DNA from: Stellaceae bacterium
Lineage (GTDB): Bacteria; Pseudomonadota; Alphaproteobacteria; ATCC43930; CGMCC-115725
Direction of reading: 5' to 3'
DNA: 64,000 bases
Assembly: GCA_035534535.1 (NCBI GenBank)
Contig: DATLRS010000007.1
Location: 7,562-71,561, forward strand
The notes below the pieces were generated by a model. It was not told the origin of the DNA. It did no database searches and saw nothing but the letters and a program-made list of their open reading frames with translations. The position numbers were made by a program, and so were the translations under genes. Shown here piece by piece: positions 49,915 through 58,990 of the stretch. Each line of letters starts with the position of its first letter. Positions within the stretch are counted from its first letter, which is position 1.

Positions 49915-50796
49915 ATGGTCGATTTCTTTCCCGGCTTCGCGCCGCGGCGGGTCGCCACCTCCGGCGCCGAGATCAATCTCGTGACCGGCGGCAGCGGGCC
50001 GCCGCTGCTCTTGTTGCACGGCTACCCGCAGACCCATCTGCTGTGGCGCAAGATCGCGCCGCGGCTGGCGCAGGATTTCACGCTCGTCATCCCCGATCTG
50101 CGCGGCTACGGCGACAGCTCGAAGCCGCCCGCCGGGTCCGATCAGGCCGCCTACTCAAAGCGCGCCCTGGCGCAGGACCAGGTCGAGACGATGGCGGCAC
50201 TCGGCTTTGAGCGGTTTTGCGTTGCCGGGCACGACCGCGGCGCCCGCGTCACCCACCGGCTGCTGCGCGACCACCCCGGGCATATCGAGCGCGCCGCGGT
50301 GCTCGACATCGTGCCGACGCTTTACCGCTTTGAGACGATCGACCAGAAGGCCGCGACCGGCAGTTACCACTGGTTCTTTCTGATCCAGCCGGCGCCGTTC
50401 CCGGAGCGGCTGATCGGCGCCGAGTGCGAGTATTATCTGCGCCACTCGTTCGGCCTCGATCGCAACCCGGCCGCCCTGGAGCCCGAGGCGTTCGCCGAAT
50501 ATCTGCGCTGCTTCAGCAATCCCGAGACGATCCGCGCGACCTGCGACGAATACCGCGCCGGCGCCGGGATCGACCTCGCCCACGACCGCGCCGACCGCGG
50601 CAGGAAGCTGGCGATGCCGCTGCTCGTCCTGTGGGGCGAGCGCAGCGGCCAGGGCAGCGGCTACGACATGCTGGCGGTGTGGCGCGAGCACGCCGACAAC
50701 GTCACCGGCCAGCCGATCGCCAGCGGCCATTTCCTGCCCGAGGAAGCCCCCGAGCCGACATACGCGGCGCTGCGGGCGTTTTTCGCGGCCGGGTGA
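49915..50796 (+). CDS. Alpha/beta hydrolase, haloacetate (fluoroacetate-type) dehalogenase-like
   Basis: 293 aa. LLLLHGYPQTH, GHDRGARV (Asp nucleophile plus RxxR), AVLDIVP, YHWFFL, DEYRAG, SGHFLPEE. Confidence 0.8.
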   Translation: MVDFFPGFAPRRVATSGAEINLVTGGSGPPLLLLHGYPQTHLLWRKIAPRLAQDFTLVIPDLRGYGDSSKPPAGSDQAAYSKRALAQDQVETMAALGFERFCVAGHDRGARVTHRLLRDHPGHIERAAVLDIVPTLYRFETIDQKAATGSYHWFFLIQPAPFPERLIGAECEYYLRHSFGLDRNPAALEPEAFAEYLRCFSNPETIRATCDEYRAGAGIDLAHDRADRGRKLAMPLLVLWGERSGQGSGYDMLAVWREHADNVTGQPIASGHFLPEEAPEPTYAALRAFFAAG

Positions 50797-50834
50797 CGCC
50801 GGGTGACAAAGGCGACGGCGACAGGAACGTCAGC

Positions 50835-52373
50835 ATGTACCTCTCTCAGGGCCTCAATCGCGCGGCGACGATCAACCCGACCGCCAGCGCGACGATTTTC
50901 GGCGATCGCCGGCGCAGCTGGGCCGAGACCAGAGACCGGGTTTGCCGCATCGCCGACGGTCTCGGGCGGCTCGGCCTCACCCGGGGCGACCGGGTGGCCG
51001 TCCTTGCGCTTAACAGCGACCGCTATTTTGAGGCGTTCTTCGCCGTGCCCTCGCTCGGCGCCATCATCGTGCCGCTCAACACGCGCCTCGCGCCCGCGGA
51101 AATCTCCTACATTCTCGAGGACAGCGGCGCGAAGATGCTGTTCGTGGACGACGCATTCGCCGCCCTGCCGGGACGGCTCGGCACGCTCTCTGCCGTGAGC
51201 GAGATCATCCATCTGGGCGAGGGCCCCACCCCCGCCGGCATGCGCGCCTTCGAAGCGCTGCGGGGCGACCCCGTCACGTTCGACGATATCGGTGGCGACG
51301 ACGTCGCCGGCATCTTTTACACCGGCGGCACGACCGGCCGATCGAAGGGCGTGATGCTGACCCACCAGAACCTGATCGCCAACGCCGCGATGATCATCCC
51401 GGCTGTCGGCTATCGCTCGGACAGCATCTACATTCATGCCCCGCCGATGTTCCACCTCGCCGACGGCGCCTCGACCTTCGCCGTGACGATGGTCGGCGGC
51501 ATCCATGTTTTCATCCCCCGCTTCGATGCCGCGGACCTGGTCGCCGCGGTCGTGCGCCACCGCGTCACCAACACCTTGCTGGTGCCGACGATGATCAATG
51601 CCCTGGCGAGCTTCCCCGATCTCGCGGCCTATGACCTTTCCTCGTTGCGCGTCATCCCCTACGGCGCGTCCCCGATGCCCGATGCCGTCATCAAGAAGGC
51701 CGCCACCGCGCTGCCCGGCGTCCGCTTCCTGCACGTCTACGGCATGACCGAGGCGGCGCCGCTGGTGACGGCGATGGAACTCGAGACCGAGCCCGCCGGC
51801 GAGCGCCGAAAAAGCTGCGGCCGTCCGGCCCTGCTGGTCGATGTCCGCATCGCCGACCTCGACGACAACGAGGTTCCCCGCGGCACGGTCGGCGAGATCC
51901 AGGTGCGCGGCCCCAACATCATGCTGGGATACTGGAACCAGCCCGAGGTCACGCAAGCGGCATTGCGCGGCGGCTGGTACCATTCCGGCGACGGCGGCTA
52001 CATGGACGACGACGGCTATGTTTACGTGGTGGACCGGCTCAAGGACATGATCATCACCGGCGGCGAAAACGTCTATTCCGCCGAGGTCGAGAGCGCCATC
52101 TCGACCCTGCAGGGCGTCGCCGAGGTGGCCGTCATCGGCATCCCCGACGAGCGCTGGGGCGAAGCGGTCCATGCCGTCGTGGTCCCCGATTCCGGCCGGA
52201 TGCTGACCCCGGAACAGATCGTCAGCCACTGCCGCACGCTGATCGCCGGCTACAAATGCCCGCGCAGCGTCGAGATCCGCCAAACCTCGCTGCCGCTCTC
52301 CGGTGCCGGCAAGGTCCTGAAGGGGCCGTTGCGCGACCCGTTCTGGGCCGGACGCGACAAGCGCGTCAGCTGA
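50835..52373 (+). CDS. AMP-binding acyl-CoA synthetase (long-chain-fatty-acid--CoA ligase family)
   Basis: 512-aa conserved part from MYLSQGLNRAA. AMP motif YTGGTTGRSKGV, GYMDDDGYVYVVDRLKD, and a C-terminal GKVLK lysine motif. Confidence 0.9.
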   Translation: MYLSQGLNRAATINPTASATIFGDRRRSWAETRDRVCRIADGLGRLGLTRGDRVAVLALNSDRYFEAFFAVPSLGAIIVPLNTRLAPAEISYILEDSGAKMLFVDDAFAALPGRLGTLSAVSEIIHLGEGPTPAGMRAFEALRGDPVTFDDIGGDDVAGIFYTGGTTGRSKGVMLTHQNLIANAAMIIPAVGYRSDSIYIHAPPMFHLADGASTFAVTMVGGIHVFIPRFDAADLVAAVVRHRVTNTLLVPTMINALASFPDLAAYDLSSLRVIPYGASPMPDAVIKKAATALPGVRFLHVYGMTEAAPLVTAMELETEPAGERRKSCGRPALLVDVRIADLDDNEVPRGTVGEIQVRGPNIMLGYWNQPEVTQAALRGGWYHSGDGGYMDDDGYVYVVDRLKDMIITGGENVYSAEVESAISTLQGVAEVAVIGIPDERWGEAVHAVVVPDSGRMLTPEQIVSHCRTLIAGYKCPRSVEIRQTSLPLSGAGKVLKGPLRDPFWAGRDKRVS

Positions 52374-52379
52374 GCCGCG

Positions 52380-53483
52380 GTGGACGAAATCGAGGCGGTC
52401 GTCGTCGGCGCCGGGGTGATCGGACTGGCGGCAGCGCGGGCCCTGGCATTGGCCGGGCACGAGGTCGTCGTCCTCGAACGCGCCTATACGATCGGCTTCG
52501 AGACGTCCTCGCGCAACAGCGAGGTGATCCACGGCGGGCTCTATTATCCGGCAGGCAGCCTCAAGGCGACCGCCTGCGTCGCCGGCCGCCAGCGTCTCTA
52601 TGCCTATTGCGCCGAGCACGGCGTGCCGCATGCCCGGCTCGGCAAGCTGATCGTCGCCACCGAGGAGGCCGAGATCCCCGGCGTGCAGAAGATCGAAGCC
52701 GCCGCGCGCGCCAACGGCGTTGACAATCTCGAGTGGCTGAGCGCGTCGGAGGCACGGCGGCTCGAACCCGACCTCAACTGCGTCGCGGCCCTGTTGTCGC
52801 CATCGACCGGGATCATCGACAGCCATGCGCTGATGCTCGCCTACCAGGGCGAGGCCGAGGCGGCCGGCGGCTTTGTCGCGTTCCGCTCGCCGGTGCTGTC
52901 GGGCCGGGTAAGCAACCACGGCTTCGAGCTTTCGGTCGGGGGCGACGAACCGACGACGATCCGCTGCCGCTGGCTGATCAATGCCGCCGGCCTCTACGCG
53001 CCGGCATTGGCGCGCGCCATCAGGGGGATACCCCCCGACAGCATCCCGCCCGCTTATTTCTGCCGCGGCGTCTATTTCACGCTGAGCGGGCGGACCCCGT
53101 TCCGCCATCTGATCTACCCGGTGCCGGTGCCGGGCGGGCTCGGCGTCCACATCACCTTGGATCTCGCCGGACAGGCGCGCTTCGGCCCGGACGTCGAATG
53201 GATTCCCGCGGTTGATTACGCCGTCGACCCGCGCCGGGGCGATGCGTTTTACGCCGCGGTGCGGCGCTATTGGCCGGCCCTCAAGGACGGCGCGCTTCAG
53301 CCCGGCTATGCCGGCATTCGCCCCAAGATCAGCGGCCCCGACGAGCCGGCCGCCGATTTTGTCGTGCAGGGCCCGGCGGCGCACGGCATCCCCGGCCTTG
53401 TCAATCTCTACGGGATCGAATCGCCCGGCCTGACCGCCTCGCTGCCGCTCGCCGACGAGGTCCTGCGCCACCTCGCCCGCTGA
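52380..53483 (+). CDS. NAD(P)/FAD-dependent oxidoreductase (L-2-hydroxyglutarate oxidase LhgO-like)
   Basis: GTG start. Dinucleotide fold [31 protein letters not shown] is typical of the LhgO-like family. Confidence 0.8.
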   Translation: MDEIEAVVVGAGVIGLAAARALALAGHEVVVLERAYTIGFETSSRNSEVIHGGLYYPAGSLKATACVAGRQRLYAYCAEHGVPHARLGKLIVATEEAEIPGVQKIEAAARANGVDNLEWLSASEARRLEPDLNCVAALLSPSTGIIDSHALMLAYQGEAEAAGGFVAFRSPVLSGRVSNHGFELSVGGDEPTTIRCRWLINAAGLYAPALARAIRGIPPDSIPPAYFCRGVYFTLSGRTPFRHLIYPVPVPGGLGVHITLDLAGQARFGPDVEWIPAVDYAVDPRRGDAFYAAVRRYWPALKDGALQPGYAGIRPKISGPDEPAADFVVQGPAAHGIPGLVNLYGIESPGLTASLPLADEVLRHLAR

Positions 53484-53611
53484 TCGCGCCCGCCCTGCCG
53501 CCTTCTCGCCGAACGCCCTCGTCTTACCCGACATTCTCCGGATTGTCGTCCGATTGGACGTGATCTTCCGCCCGTGGGGGCTTGCCGCCGTTCCGGTCGC
53601 GAGGCGTCGCC

Positions 53612-54188
53612 CTACCCCCAACCCGCCGCCGCCGGGGAGGCCAGACCATCGGGCGGCCACACCATGACGCCGTCAGCGAGCGGAATGCGCAGGTTGCGGA
53701 AGAGCAGCGAAAAGCTCATCCAGTTGGCCATCGCGATGATGAATTCGACCTGCTGGCGGGTCGGGGACGTGCTTTGCGACCTCGGCCCAGGCGTCATCCG
53801 AAATGGATTTGCCGGCGAGGCATTCGTCGGTGGCGGCGAGGATCGCCCGGTCCGCCGGCGTCAGCCGCGTGGCGTTGCGCCAGTCGCGCACCGCCAGAAC
53901 ATCCTCGGGCGGGATCCCCGCTGTGGTCGCCACCCGCCAGTGGTTGGTCCACTCGTAGGCCGAGCCGGTGACCCAGCCGATCCGCATGATCATCAGTTCG
54001 CGCAGGCGCGTGTCGAACTTGTTGTTCTCCAGGAGTTGCATCAACTGGCCGAACGCGACCCGGGCGACGCCGGGATTGTTGGCGACGACGCGAAACGCCT
54101 CGCTTTGCGTCCGCCGCGCCGGCATTCCCATCGCCTCGCCGAGGTCGCGGGCATGCTGCAGCGACACCATTGGCACGCGTGCGGTCAT
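53612..54188 (-). pseudogene. Carboxymuconolactone decarboxylase (CMD/AhpD-like) family gene interrupted by a 1-nt frameshift near 53755-53770
   Basis: ORF 53673..54188 carries the family-like sequence up to ...DDAWAEVAKHV and then turns into nonsense. ORF 53612..53797, in another frame, supplies the expected continuation RQQVEFIIAMANWMSFSLLFRNLRIPLADGV. The junction lies in the C-rich run gtccccgacccgcc. Confidence 0.7.
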
Positions 54189-54322
54189 CGCTTTTCTCCC
54201 CCCTTGCCGTTTGCCGCCTTGTGCTACAGCGCCCGCCGGCCTTGCGCAACACTCCGCCCGCCGGTGCCGCTGCGGCGGAAATTGACAGGCCGCCGGGCGC
54301 CGCCCTAGCCTTGAGCGGACCG

Positions 54323-54844
54323 ATGCAGGAGAACCCCATGCCGCCCGACGGAAATGTGACGATCGCCCACAGCCCGGAAGATCTGCGCGCCAAGGTAAAG
54401 GCGCAGGTCGTCGATGCCCGGCCGGCCTTCTTCAAGCTCGAAGCGCAGCTGCCGCAGCAGGGCCGCACCGACACGCCGGTCGCCGCCTCGGACAGGATGT
54501 GGGTCGTGCTGAAGACCTATGCGGCGGACGGCGAGAACGGTCTGCACGCCCACCCGAACGAGGACCACACCTTTGTCGTCCTGCAGGGCGAAGCGACGTT
54601 CTACGGCCCGAACGACGAGACCCGCACGATCGGCAGGAACGAGGGCGTGCTGCTGCCGCACGGCACGTTCTACTGGTTCAAGGCGACCAGCGAGGAGCCG
54701 CTGGTGATGGTGCGGGTGGGCGCCGCCGCGTTCGACGGGGTCGACCGCCACGGCCGCATCAACCCGGACGGCAGCGAGATGCGCGGCGACTCGGTCGAGA
54801 ACAAGCAGGTCGAGCTGATCATGTCCGACCGCTGGTTCCGCTGA
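54323..54844 (+). CDS. Cupin domain-containing protein
   Basis: Conserved part from MQENPMPPDG. Cupin motif GLHAHPNEDHTFVVLQGEATF...LLPHGTFYWF. Confidence 0.7.
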   Translation: MQENPMPPDGNVTIAHSPEDLRAKVKAQVVDARPAFFKLEAQLPQQGRTDTPVAASDRMWVVLKTYAADGENGLHAHPNEDHTFVVLQGEATFYGPNDETRTIGRNEGVLLPHGTFYWFKATSEEPLVMVRVGAAAFDGVDRHGRINPDGSEMRGDSVENKQVELIMSDRWFR

Positions 54845-54912
54845 CGCGGTCACAGCAACCATAGAGCCGGCATCGGATCCCTCGAATGCCGGCAACACGA
54901 GGAGAAGTCGTC

Positions 54913-55287
54913 ATGAAGGTCGTCACGCTCAGAGATATTCCCGACGTTCCCGTCGAAGGCGCCGCGCCGATCGAAGGGTGGACAGGGCCGGTTGCCCGGT
55001 CGCGCCAGACGATCATCCAGCCGGGCGATTCCCCGAACTACAACTGCAGCGTGGTGAATTTCAGCCAGGGCTGCACCACCGGATGGCATACTCATACCTG
55101 CGACCAGATCCTGGTCGTCACCGCTGGCTCCGGCATGGTCGCGACCGAGCACGAGCAGCGCGAGATCAACGTCGGCGATGTCGTGCACATCAAGGCCGGC
55201 GAACGCCACTGGCATGGCGCCAAGGCCGATTCGACGATGGGGCATATCACGATCACCCTGGTCGGCGGGCAGGCCGCCTGGGGCTAG
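54913..55287 (+). CDS. Cupin domain-containing protein
   Basis: ATG 54913 (RBS GGAGAAG). GWHTHTCDQILVVTAGSG...VHIKAGERHWHGA. Confidence 0.75.
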   Translation: MKVVTLRDIPDVPVEGAAPIEGWTGPVARSRQTIIQPGDSPNYNCSVVNFSQGCTTGWHTHTCDQILVVTAGSGMVATEHEQREINVGDVVHIKAGERHWHGAKADSTMGHITITLVGGQAAWG

Positions 55288-55319
55288 CCCGGCGCTGGCG
55301 GGTGGTTGGGCGATGTTCG

Positions 55320-56105
55320 TCAGCGGTTGCGGAAGGCGGGCTTGCGTTTGGCGATGAAGGCGGCCATGCCTTCCTTCTGGTCTTCGGTGGCGAAGGTCGA
55401 ATGAAACAAGCGGCGCTCGAAGCGCACGCCCTCGGCGAGCGTCGTCTCGAAGGCGCGGTTGACCGATTCCTTGACCATCATCGCGATCGGCGCCGACAGC
55501 GCGGCGATGCGCTCGGCGACCGCGACCGCCTCTGCCATCAGCTGGTCGGCCGGCACGATGCGGCTGACGAGGCCGAGGCGCTCGGCTTCGGCGGCGTCCA
55601 TCATGCGGCCGGTGAGGCACAGATCCATCGCCTTCGCCTTGCCGATAAAGCGCGGCAGGCGCTGCGTGCCGCCGGCCCCGGGCATCGTGCCGAGATTGAT
55701 CTCGGGCTGGCCGAAGCGGGCACCCTCGGCGGCGATCACGATGTCGCACATCATCGCGACTTCGCAGCCGCCGCCCAGCGCGAAACCGGCGACCGCGGCG
55801 ATCACGGGCTTCCTGCATTGCGCGACGCGCTCCCAGCCGCGCGTGATGAAATCCTGCGTATAGGCCTCGATATAGGTCTTCTCGGCCATCTCCTTGATGT
55901 CGGCGCCGGCGGCGAAGGCCTTGTCATTGCCGGTCAGGACAATCGCGGCGATCGCGGCATCGCCTTCCAGATCATCGAAGGCAGCGCCAAGCTCGCTGAT
56001 CAGCGCCGCATTGAGAGCGTTTAACGCCTGCGGCCGGTTCAGCACGACGATGCCGACCGCGCCGCGCCGCTCGACCAGGATGGTGGCGTAGGGTGCACTC
56101 TTCAT
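55320..56105 (-). CDS. Enoyl-CoA hydratase (crotonase family)
   Basis: 261-aa conserved part from [55 protein letters not shown]. Confidence 0.9.
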   Translation of the reverse strand: MKSAPYATILVERRGAVGIVVLNRPQALNALNAALISELGAAFDDLEGDAAIAAIVLTGNDKAFAAGADIKEMAEKTYIEAYTQDFITRGWERVAQCRKPVIAAVAGFALGGGCEVAMMCDIVIAAEGARFGQPEINLGTMPGAGGTQRLPRFIGKAKAMDLCLTGRMMDAAEAERLGLVSRIVPADQLMAEAVAVAERIAALSAPIAMMVKESVNRAFETTLAEGVRFERRLFHSTFATEDQKEGMAAFIAKRKPAFRNR

Positions 56106-56572
56106 CCGCGACCTCTCGGGCAATGATGCCGATATTGCACGCTGCCCCGCGGCGTGGCGACTCCCAACCGCGTGGCGTCCACAAGCCCCTGATGCGCGGC
56201 CCAAAATCGCCCAAGTTTCGCTTTTGGCTTGTAATGAACCATGATCATCCCAATGTAATTGATCGAGAATGGATAATTTGCCGTGCATAATTCTGAGGCG
56301 CGGAAAGCGTGTGTCTTGTCCGGCGGCGTCCTAGGTTACCCGCAGGACAGCAAATGAATCCTTCCGATACTGACGCTACGGGCCGCTGGTTGATAATTTC
56401 CGAAAGATAATTCGACTGCTTGGCGACGGCAAAAGTACCGCTGTTTACGAGCTGGCCGTGGTGGTAAAAACGGGCGGCAGCGCCCGGGCTCTACAGGACG
56501 AACGCGGCCGCCACCCGCGCCGTTACGGCGGGCTCTCCTGCACGTTCTTGCGCACGAGATGGGAGAATCGAC

Positions 56573-56686
56573 ATGGCCAAGGGACAAAAACGTGGCAATC
56601 GCGAAGTGAAGAAGCCGAAATCGCCGAAGAAGAAACCGGCCGCCGCGCCGTCGACGATCATCACCACCGCAGCCAAGAAGCCATGA
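56573..56686 (+). CDS. Candidate 37-aa lysine-rich small protein (below the ORF-track size cutoff)
   Basis: Own translation: MAKGQKRGNREVKKPKSPKKKPAAAPSTIITTAAKKP. RBS GGGAGA lies 7 nt upstream. G/C-ending codons match the host. It lies 16 nt before the next ORF. Similar MAKGQK... mini-proteins are, from memory, common in Rhizobiales. Confidence 0.4.
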   Translation: MAKGQKRGNREVKKPKSPKKKPAAAPSTIITTAAKKP

Positions 56687-56702
56687 CCGGCCGGCGCCCG
56701 GC

Positions 56703-57005
56703 ATGACAGATACACCGGTCGAGCTCGACGACCATCGCGGGTTGGCGGCGCAGCGGCAGACGGAAACGCGCCGGCTGCGGCACGAGGTTCAGGCCGATCA
56801 GGCGGCGCTGCGGGCACGGCAGGACGAACTGGAAACCTCCCTGGCGACCGCGGCTGCGCAGACGTGGCCGGAGGCGGCGGCCAAGGCGCGGTATCTGATC
56901 GAGCGCTACGCCGCGACGCCCGATGCGCAAGACCCCCGCCGGCAAAAGCTGATCGTCGGGGCTCTCGCCGATCTCGCCCGGTTGTCCGCCCGGTTGTCTG
57001 AGTGA
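56703..57005 (+). CDS. Hypothetical protein (helical, charged; no family recognised)
   Basis: 100-aa ORF: MTDTPVELDDHRGLAAQRQTETRRLRHEVQADQAALRARQDELE.... Host-like codon usage and tight spacing with flanking small ORFs. Confidence 0.5.
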   Translation: MTDTPVELDDHRGLAAQRQTETRRLRHEVQADQAALRARQDELETSLATAAAQTWPEAAAKARYLIERYAATPDAQDPRRQKLIVGALADLARLSARLSE

Positions 57006-57037
57006 TCGGGGCGGAGTCTGCTGAGGAGCAATTTGAC

Positions 57038-57265
57038 ATGGCGAAAAAAGAATTCTCCCGATTTGTCACCCCTGACAGCGCCGACCGCGCGGCGGAGACC
57101 GCCAAGACGACGCGACTGCGCGCGCTGCGCCTGGCGAAGGAAGCCGACGCCGCCAGGGAAAAGCAGGAAGCGGCCGACCGCGAGGCGGCTGCAAAGCTGG
57201 CGAAAGCCGAGCTGCGCCGGCGGGTCCGCGCGCCGCAGCCGCCCACTGCGCCGGCCTTGACCTGA
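57038..57265 (+). CDS. Hypothetical small coiled-coil protein
   Basis: 75 aa from ATG 57038 (RBS GAGGAG): MAKKEFSRFVTPDSADRAAETAKTTRLRALRLAKEADAAREKQEAADREAAAKL.... Confidence 0.5.
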   Translation: MAKKEFSRFVTPDSADRAAETAKTTRLRALRLAKEADAAREKQEAADREAAAKLAKAELRRRVRAPQPPTAPALT

Positions 57266-57281
57266 TGCCGCACACGCCGCG

Positions 57282-58511
57282 ATGCGACACGCCACGATCG
57301 GAGCGGCCCACCTGCGCATCCTGACGATCAACGGCGGTTCCTCGAGTATCAAGTTCGCGCTGTTCGAGGGCAGCGATCCGTTCGAGCGGGTGCTGCACGG
57401 TTCGGTCGAGCGGATTGGCCTCGCCGGCGCGACATTGCGGGTCAACGGGCCGAACCCTGGAGAGGATTTATCGCGGGCGGTGACGGCGTCGGACCATACG
57501 GCAGCGGTCGACGCCGTGATGGACTGCGTCACCGAGCGCGGCGGTCCCGACGGACTGAGCGCGATCGGCCATCGCGTCGTGCATGGCGGGACGAAATACA
57601 GCGCGCCGCAAACAATCGATGCTGCGATGATCCGGCAGTTGCGCGCCCTCAGCCCGTTCGATCCGGAACATCTCCCGGGCGAGATTCAGTTGATCGAAGC
57701 GTTCGATCGCCGGTTTCCGCGGCTGCCCCAGGTGGCGTGTTTCGATACGGCGTTTCACCACGATCTGCCAATGGTGGCGCAGCTGCTGCCGATCCCGCGC
57801 CGCTATTTCGCACAAGGCGTGCGGCGCTACGGGTTTCATGGGCTGTCCTATACGTATCTGATGGGCGAGCTGGCCCGCCTCGACGGCGCCGCAGGCGCGC
57901 GCGGCAAGGTCATCCTCGCGCATCTCGGCAACGGCGCGAGCCTGGCGGCGGTGCGTGACGGCAAGCCGCTCGACACCAGCATGAGCTTTACCCCGACGGC
58001 CGGAGTGCCGATGAGCACCCGCGCGGGCGATCTCGATCCCGGGCTGGTGGCGTATCTGGCGCGCACCGAACAGATGAGCCCGCAGCAATTCGGCGAAATG
58101 GTCAATTTCCAGTCCGGGCTGCTCGGCATCTCCGACACCAGTTCCGACATGCAGGAACTGCTCGACCACGAAGCGCAGGACGCGCGGGCGGCCGAGGCGG
58201 TGGCGGTGTTCTGCTACCAGGTCAGGAAATGGGTCGGCGCCTTCGCGGCGGCGCTGGGCGGGATCGACACGCTGGTTTTCGCCGGCGGTATCGGCGAGAA
58301 CGCGCCGCGGATCCGCGCCCGGATCTGCGAGGGGCTGGAATTCCTCGGCATCGATCTCAGCCTCGAGCGCAACGCGGCGCCGGCGCCGCTGATTTCGACG
58401 GATTCCGGTCGCGTCAAAGTGCGGGTGATCCGCACCGACGAGGAGCTGGTGATTGCCAGGTCCGTCGCCGCCGTCCTCGATCCCGGCGCAACGCCGCAGG
58501 GTGCTAAATAA
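57282..58511 (+). CDS. ackA: Acetate/propionate kinase
   Basis: 409 aa. ILTINGGSSSIKFAL, HRVVHGG, GFHGLSY, FAGGIGENAP. Confidence 0.9.
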   Translation: MRHATIGAAHLRILTINGGSSSIKFALFEGSDPFERVLHGSVERIGLAGATLRVNGPNPGEDLSRAVTASDHTAAVDAVMDCVTERGGPDGLSAIGHRVVHGGTKYSAPQTIDAAMIRQLRALSPFDPEHLPGEIQLIEAFDRRFPRLPQVACFDTAFHHDLPMVAQLLPIPRRYFAQGVRRYGFHGLSYTYLMGELARLDGAAGARGKVILAHLGNGASLAAVRDGKPLDTSMSFTPTAGVPMSTRAGDLDPGLVAYLARTEQMSPQQFGEMVNFQSGLLGISDTSSDMQELLDHEAQDARAAEAVAVFCYQVRKWVGAFAAALGGIDTLVFAGGIGENAPRIRARICEGLEFLGIDLSLERNAAPAPLISTDSGRVKVRVIRTDEELVIARSVAAVLDPGATPQGAK

Positions 58512-58857
58512 GGGCGCGAAACCGGAGCATGACCCGCGCGCCCAGCGACGTCCCGCTGCGGTTGGCCGGCAGCAGGGGCGCGTGCGGCAACAGCGCGATC
58601 AGGCGGGCAGCAATCGCCGCGGGTTCCGGCCACGGCGCCGGTCCGGGCAACGTCGCGATCAGCGACGCCAGCCGCTGATGCGCCGTTTCCTTCGGCATTC
58701 GCGCCAGTTCGGCAGTCTCCCGCCAGGGGTCGATATCGAGGCGCGTTAGCGCCGACAGGACGCTGAGCGGCAGGCCGCTTTGCTCCTCGCCGATCAGCGC
58801 GAACAGAAAGCGATCGAAGTCGGAGTCCACCCGGACGATTGTCGCGGAACGCACCAT
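58504..58857 (-). CDS. Hypothetical protein
   Basis: 117-aa part of ORF 58504..59121, from MVRSATIVRVDSDFDRFLFALIGEEQSGLPLSVLSALTRLDIDPW. Its 3' end overlaps the ackA 3' end by 8 nt (convergent). No family recognised. Confidence 0.45.
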   Translation of the reverse strand: MVRSATIVRVDSDFDRFLFALIGEEQSGLPLSVLSALTRLDIDPWRETAELARMPKETAHQRLASLIATLPGPAPWPEPAAIAARLIALLPHAPLLPANRSGTSLGARVMLRFRALI

Positions 58858-58990
58858 GTCGGCCACCGGAGTTTTGCATCGCGCACCCAGCGCTACCGGC
58901 GTCGGGCATCGTCGGCGTAGAACGTACCGCACGAGCGGCGCCCTGCGTAAGACTCGGAAACTACCTAGCGCCCCCTTCCGGCCAGCGGCT

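Noticed and set aside
50661-53660. 999-aa ORF on the minus strand, the longest unexplained ORF in the track. Similar cases: 45692..47962 (756 aa), 9604..11634 (676 aa), 5068..7164 (698 aa), 38702..40453 (583 aa).
   Set aside because: Each lies antisense to a gene with clear family motifs. Their products are Arg/Ala/Gly/Pro-rich with no recognisable domains. Stop-codon-poor antisense frames are expected in GC-rich DNA.
56093-56290. 65-aa ORF, and 18-aa ORFs ([18 protein letters not shown]; MNPSDTDATGRWLIISER), in the AT-rich gap after the enoyl-CoA hydratase gene.
   Set aside because: They have no RBS, the first overlaps the hydratase start region, and the sequences are not protein-like. The gap is treated as non-coding.
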